A stretch of DNA of 64,000 nucleotides from Selaginella moellendorffii (Eukaryota; Plantae; Lycopodiophyta): positions 1,301,718 through 1,365,717 of the forward strand of contig NW_003314286.1 in the NCBI RefSeq assembly GCF_000143415.4, read 5' to 3'. The notes under the pieces were generated by a model that was given only the letters and a program-made list of their open reading frames with translations, was not told the origin of the DNA and made no database searches. Shown here piece after piece: positions 61,305 to 64,000 of the stretch. The position numbers were made by a program, and so were the translations under genes. The first letter of the stretch is position 1; the number at the start of each line of letters is the position of its first letter.

Positions 61305-62753
61305 TCAGATATTTTGATCAGTTTTACCGTCCCCCTCCTCTTCTTCATCTTTCTTTGCAGCCTGATCCTGGAGAGCCTCAATCACCTTCTCTAGAGCCCC
61401 TCTCGAGTTCCCCCTGTTCTGGATCAACACCTCTGCGATATCAGCAGGAGTGATCTCAACCTTGGCGATCAGCTCCTCGATCTCTCCAAACTCCTTCTCA
61501 AACTCGCCCTTCTGCGAGATCTCAAGGTGAGTCCAGGCCAGCACCTTGAACGCTTCAAATCCACAGTAGCCCATCAAAATGTGAAGGTCCATCCTGCCCG
61601 ACCGCAGCAGTGCGGGATCCAGATCTTCCTTGTGATTTGTTGTAAAGATGATGATCCTCTCGCTCCCGCTACAAGACCACAGCCCATCGATGAAATTCAG
61701 TAGCCCCGAGAGTGTGACCCTGGTGCTCTCTTCCTCTTTCATACCTTTCTTCCCTGGCAACGCTCCATCTTTCTCCTTGGGCTCTTCACTGGTTTCTTCC
61801 TCCGGCGCTGGCTTTCCCCTCTTCTTGAGCTCCAGCGAGCAGTCAATGTCCTCGATCACGATAATCGCCTTGTTGGAAATCCCCATGAGCAGCTTCCTCA
61901 AGTCGGCATTGCTCTTCACCTCCGTTAGCTCCATATCATAGACATCGTACTGCGTGTAGTTCGCTATGGCAGCGATGAGTGACGACTTCCCAGTCCCCGG
62001 AGGCCCGTACAAGAGATACCCGCGCTTCCAAGCTCTGCCAACTCTCTCAAAGAAATCCTTACCAGCCATGAAGGAATCCAGGTCCTGGACGATCTTGTTC
62101 TTGAGCTCGGGATCCAGCGCCAGGCTCGAGAACGTCGAGGCATGCTTGAAAGGCACCGATCTCCACGGCTTCTTCCTGTAACCCCAGTCGTCCGAGTTTG
62201 CTATGTTGGTGTAGAGCTGCCGGTCTTGGTTCTGGCGCTTCAAGCTCTCTCCGAGCTTGATCACTTCCCTCATGTACTCGGGCAAGAGTGTATACTTGTG
62301 CCTCCTGTGAACTTGGACAACGTACTCTCGCTGTGTTCCTCCACTTCGATCAAAATAGCTGAAACCTCCACGGTTGGAGGGCTCGGTGACGTTGAAGACC
62401 CAGGAGAATGTGACGCCTTTGAACTTGTCCTCCACTCGCTCGCCCCTGGTGAGGTTGCAATTCGGCTTGCTGGCGTTCTTCACTCGCGTGTACTGGATCC
62501 TGTTTGCCGAGCTCTTGGTGTTGGTGTCGGTGAGGTGAGCAACGTAGAGGTCGACCAGGTCGTAGATCTCGTTGGTGTTGTTGCGGACGTACTCTGGGAT
62601 TGAGAGCTCTGTCTCCCACCATAGCCAAGTTACAAACCTCTTGAGCTTGAGCTCCAGAAGGAACCAGACGTGGGGCGGAACTATCTGGTTGAGGATCATG
62701 ATGAAGCCCATGAGCGAACCGAGATGGGAGAAATACCCCCCTGCCATTGCCAT
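61305..62753 (-). CDS. Plant BCS1-like AAA-ATPase, single exon, 482 aa
   Basis: N-terminal AAA-associated domain, WKRGYLLYGPPGTGKSS (Walker A), IIVIEDIDC (Walker B), VTLSGLLNFIDGLWS, DPALLRSGRMD. Confidence 0.95.
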   Translation of the reverse strand: MAMAGGYFSHLGSLMGFIMILNQIVPPHVWFLLELKLKRFVTWLWWETELSIPEYVRNNTNEIYDLVDLYVAHLTDTNTKSSANRIQYTRVKNASKPNCNLTRGERVEDKFKGVTFSWVFNVTEPSNRGGFSYFDRSGGTQREYVVQVHRRHKYTLLPEYMREVIKLGESLKRQNQDRQLYTNIANSDDWGYRKKPWRSVPFKHASTFSSLALDPELKNKIVQDLDSFMAGKDFFERVGRAWKRGYLLYGPPGTGKSSLIAAIANYTQYDVYDMELTEVKSNADLRKLLMGISNKAIIVIEDIDCSLELKKRGKPAPEEETSEEPKEKDGALPGKKGMKEEESTRVTLSGLLNFIDGLWSCSGSERIIIFTTNHKEDLDPALLRSGRMDLHILMGYCGFEAFKVLAWTHLEISQKGEFEKEFGEIEELIAKVEITPADIAEVLIQNRGNSRGALEKVIEALQDQAAKKDEEEEGDGKTDQNI

Positions 62754-63331
62754 CTTGCTCGTTTGCTGCTGCTGTTGCGAGAGTGGGAGAACACTGACCT
62801 TGCTGCGTCACTCTTGTTGTCGTGTAGATGAAGCCAGCTCCCGCGTATTTTCTTGTAGAGAAATCTTCGTCAATCTATACTCACAATGCGGTCAAAGGAC
62901 TGTGTCAGTCTGCAGTCAGCGATAACTTTAACTTCTACATGTCACCTGTTCCGTCCAAGATGCACACTAAATGAACAGCCCGAGTGATGGTCGTAGGGAA
63001 GTTCCAGTCTCTCGAGTCCCTCACCATTTTAATAAAATAGAAAAATTATTTATTTATTATGGGCTTTTATCATGAATGTAATAATTGTTTCAATTATAGT
63101 ATAAATAATACTATGATTATAATAAATATAGAATCTAAGTTTAACTAAACACAGGTCACATTGTTTGGAACCTCAGCTCAACCTAAGATCGTTCACCACA
63201 CGATGGGTTGAATTCCACACGAGTTTCTCGTTTCATGTATTTGTATAATTTATTGGTGGTAGATTTCAACCACACGAGTTTCTCGTGGCCAGCGTTCGAT
63301 TTTAGTCGGAAGGACTGACCCATTGGAGCCC

Positions 63332-64000
63332 ATGGAGAGGGCTGTGGTGTTAGGGTTTAGTGCCTCCAAGCTCTGGGGTCCTCGATCGCCTCTCCTACGC
63401 CATGGCGCTGTGGTACTCCGGAGCCGCCGCACTTGCCCGCGCATTGGACGATGGCAATCGGCTGCGATTCCAGGCAAGTTCACGATTATCCGCAATGCAT
63501 CGGTCACAAGCGTCAGAGAAGCGGCAAATCTGCAAGAGGCGTCGCCGGAGGCGGCATTCGTGCTGCTAGATGTTGAAGGAATGATGTGTGGCGGCTGTGT
63601 TGCGCGCGTCCGGGGCCAGCTGATGCAGGATTATCGAGTGGAGTCCGCGGCCGTGAATTTGCTCACGGAGACGGCAGCGGTGAAATTGCGGCCGGGTTGT
63701 GGGAAGCAGGTTGGATCAGAGCTGGCGGATCTTCTGACGGGTTCTGGATTTCCTGCGAGCCTGAGGTCCGGGAAGGGGCAAGATGACAATGCAGGCAGAA
63801 AAATCGAAGAACTCTCGAAGAAGAGGAAGGAAAGCTTGAGGAAGAGTACACAGAAGGTGGCATTTGCTTGGACATTGGTGGCTCTTTGCTGCGGAACTCA
63901 TGCCACTCATCTTCTCCACTTCTATCCATTTATCCACGATTTTATGCACAGTACGTTGTTTTTCCTTCTCTTTCTCACGTTGCAATGACTGAAGTTGTGT
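63332..64000 (+). CDS. PAA2: Chloroplast Cu-transporting P1B-ATPase PAA2/HMA8, 5' part (first exon to ~63950; continues beyond the window)
   Basis: Transit-peptide-like N-terminus, HMA domain LLDVEGMMCGGCVARV, AAVNLLTETAAVK, and VAFAWTLVALCCG.HA.HLLH as in PAA2. Confidence 0.88.

Noticed and set aside
63195-63290. Direct repeat CCACACGAGTTTCTCGT x2 between the AAA-ATPase and PAA2 genes as a copper-response element
   Set aside because: The repeat is real, but it lacks the GTAC core used by SPL7-type copper regulation, so no function can be supported.

Overview
Plant nuclear DNA. Very short introns (about 47-85 bp), tight gene spacing and a PLS-type PPR fragment point to a lycophyte such as Selaginella (inference). 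Left gene block: a BEL1-like homeobox gene (+), a VAMP71 R-SNARE (-), an MscS-like channel (-) and a BTB/POZ gene (+). Right gene block: a BCS1-type AAA-ATPase (-) and the start of the PAA2/HMA8 copper ATPase (+). Between them lies a ~38-kb transposon island (20-58 kb) of nested Ty3/gypsy chromoviruses, three 5S-bearing Cassandra TRIMs and a solo LTR. The most unusual feature is a ~12.4-kb DNA transposon (about 38.2-50.6 kb). It carries a decayed Sola-like (DUF7869-type) transposase, facing away from a large spliced cargo gene with a ParB/Srx-like domain, a degenerate beta-class amino-methyltransferase-like domain, an acidic linker and an FCP1/NIF HAD phosphatase domain. About 20 copies of a 22-bp palindrome (consensus ATGGCRTGWGGCCWCAYGCCAT) are spread through it, four of them one per small intron, which suggests a self-recognising ParB/parS-like module. 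Other notable points: two canonical spliceosomal introns inside a gypsy integrase, and a Tf1-type self-priming PBS in a chromovirus lacking the RT core. All domain calls are by-eye motif recognition, not database searches.
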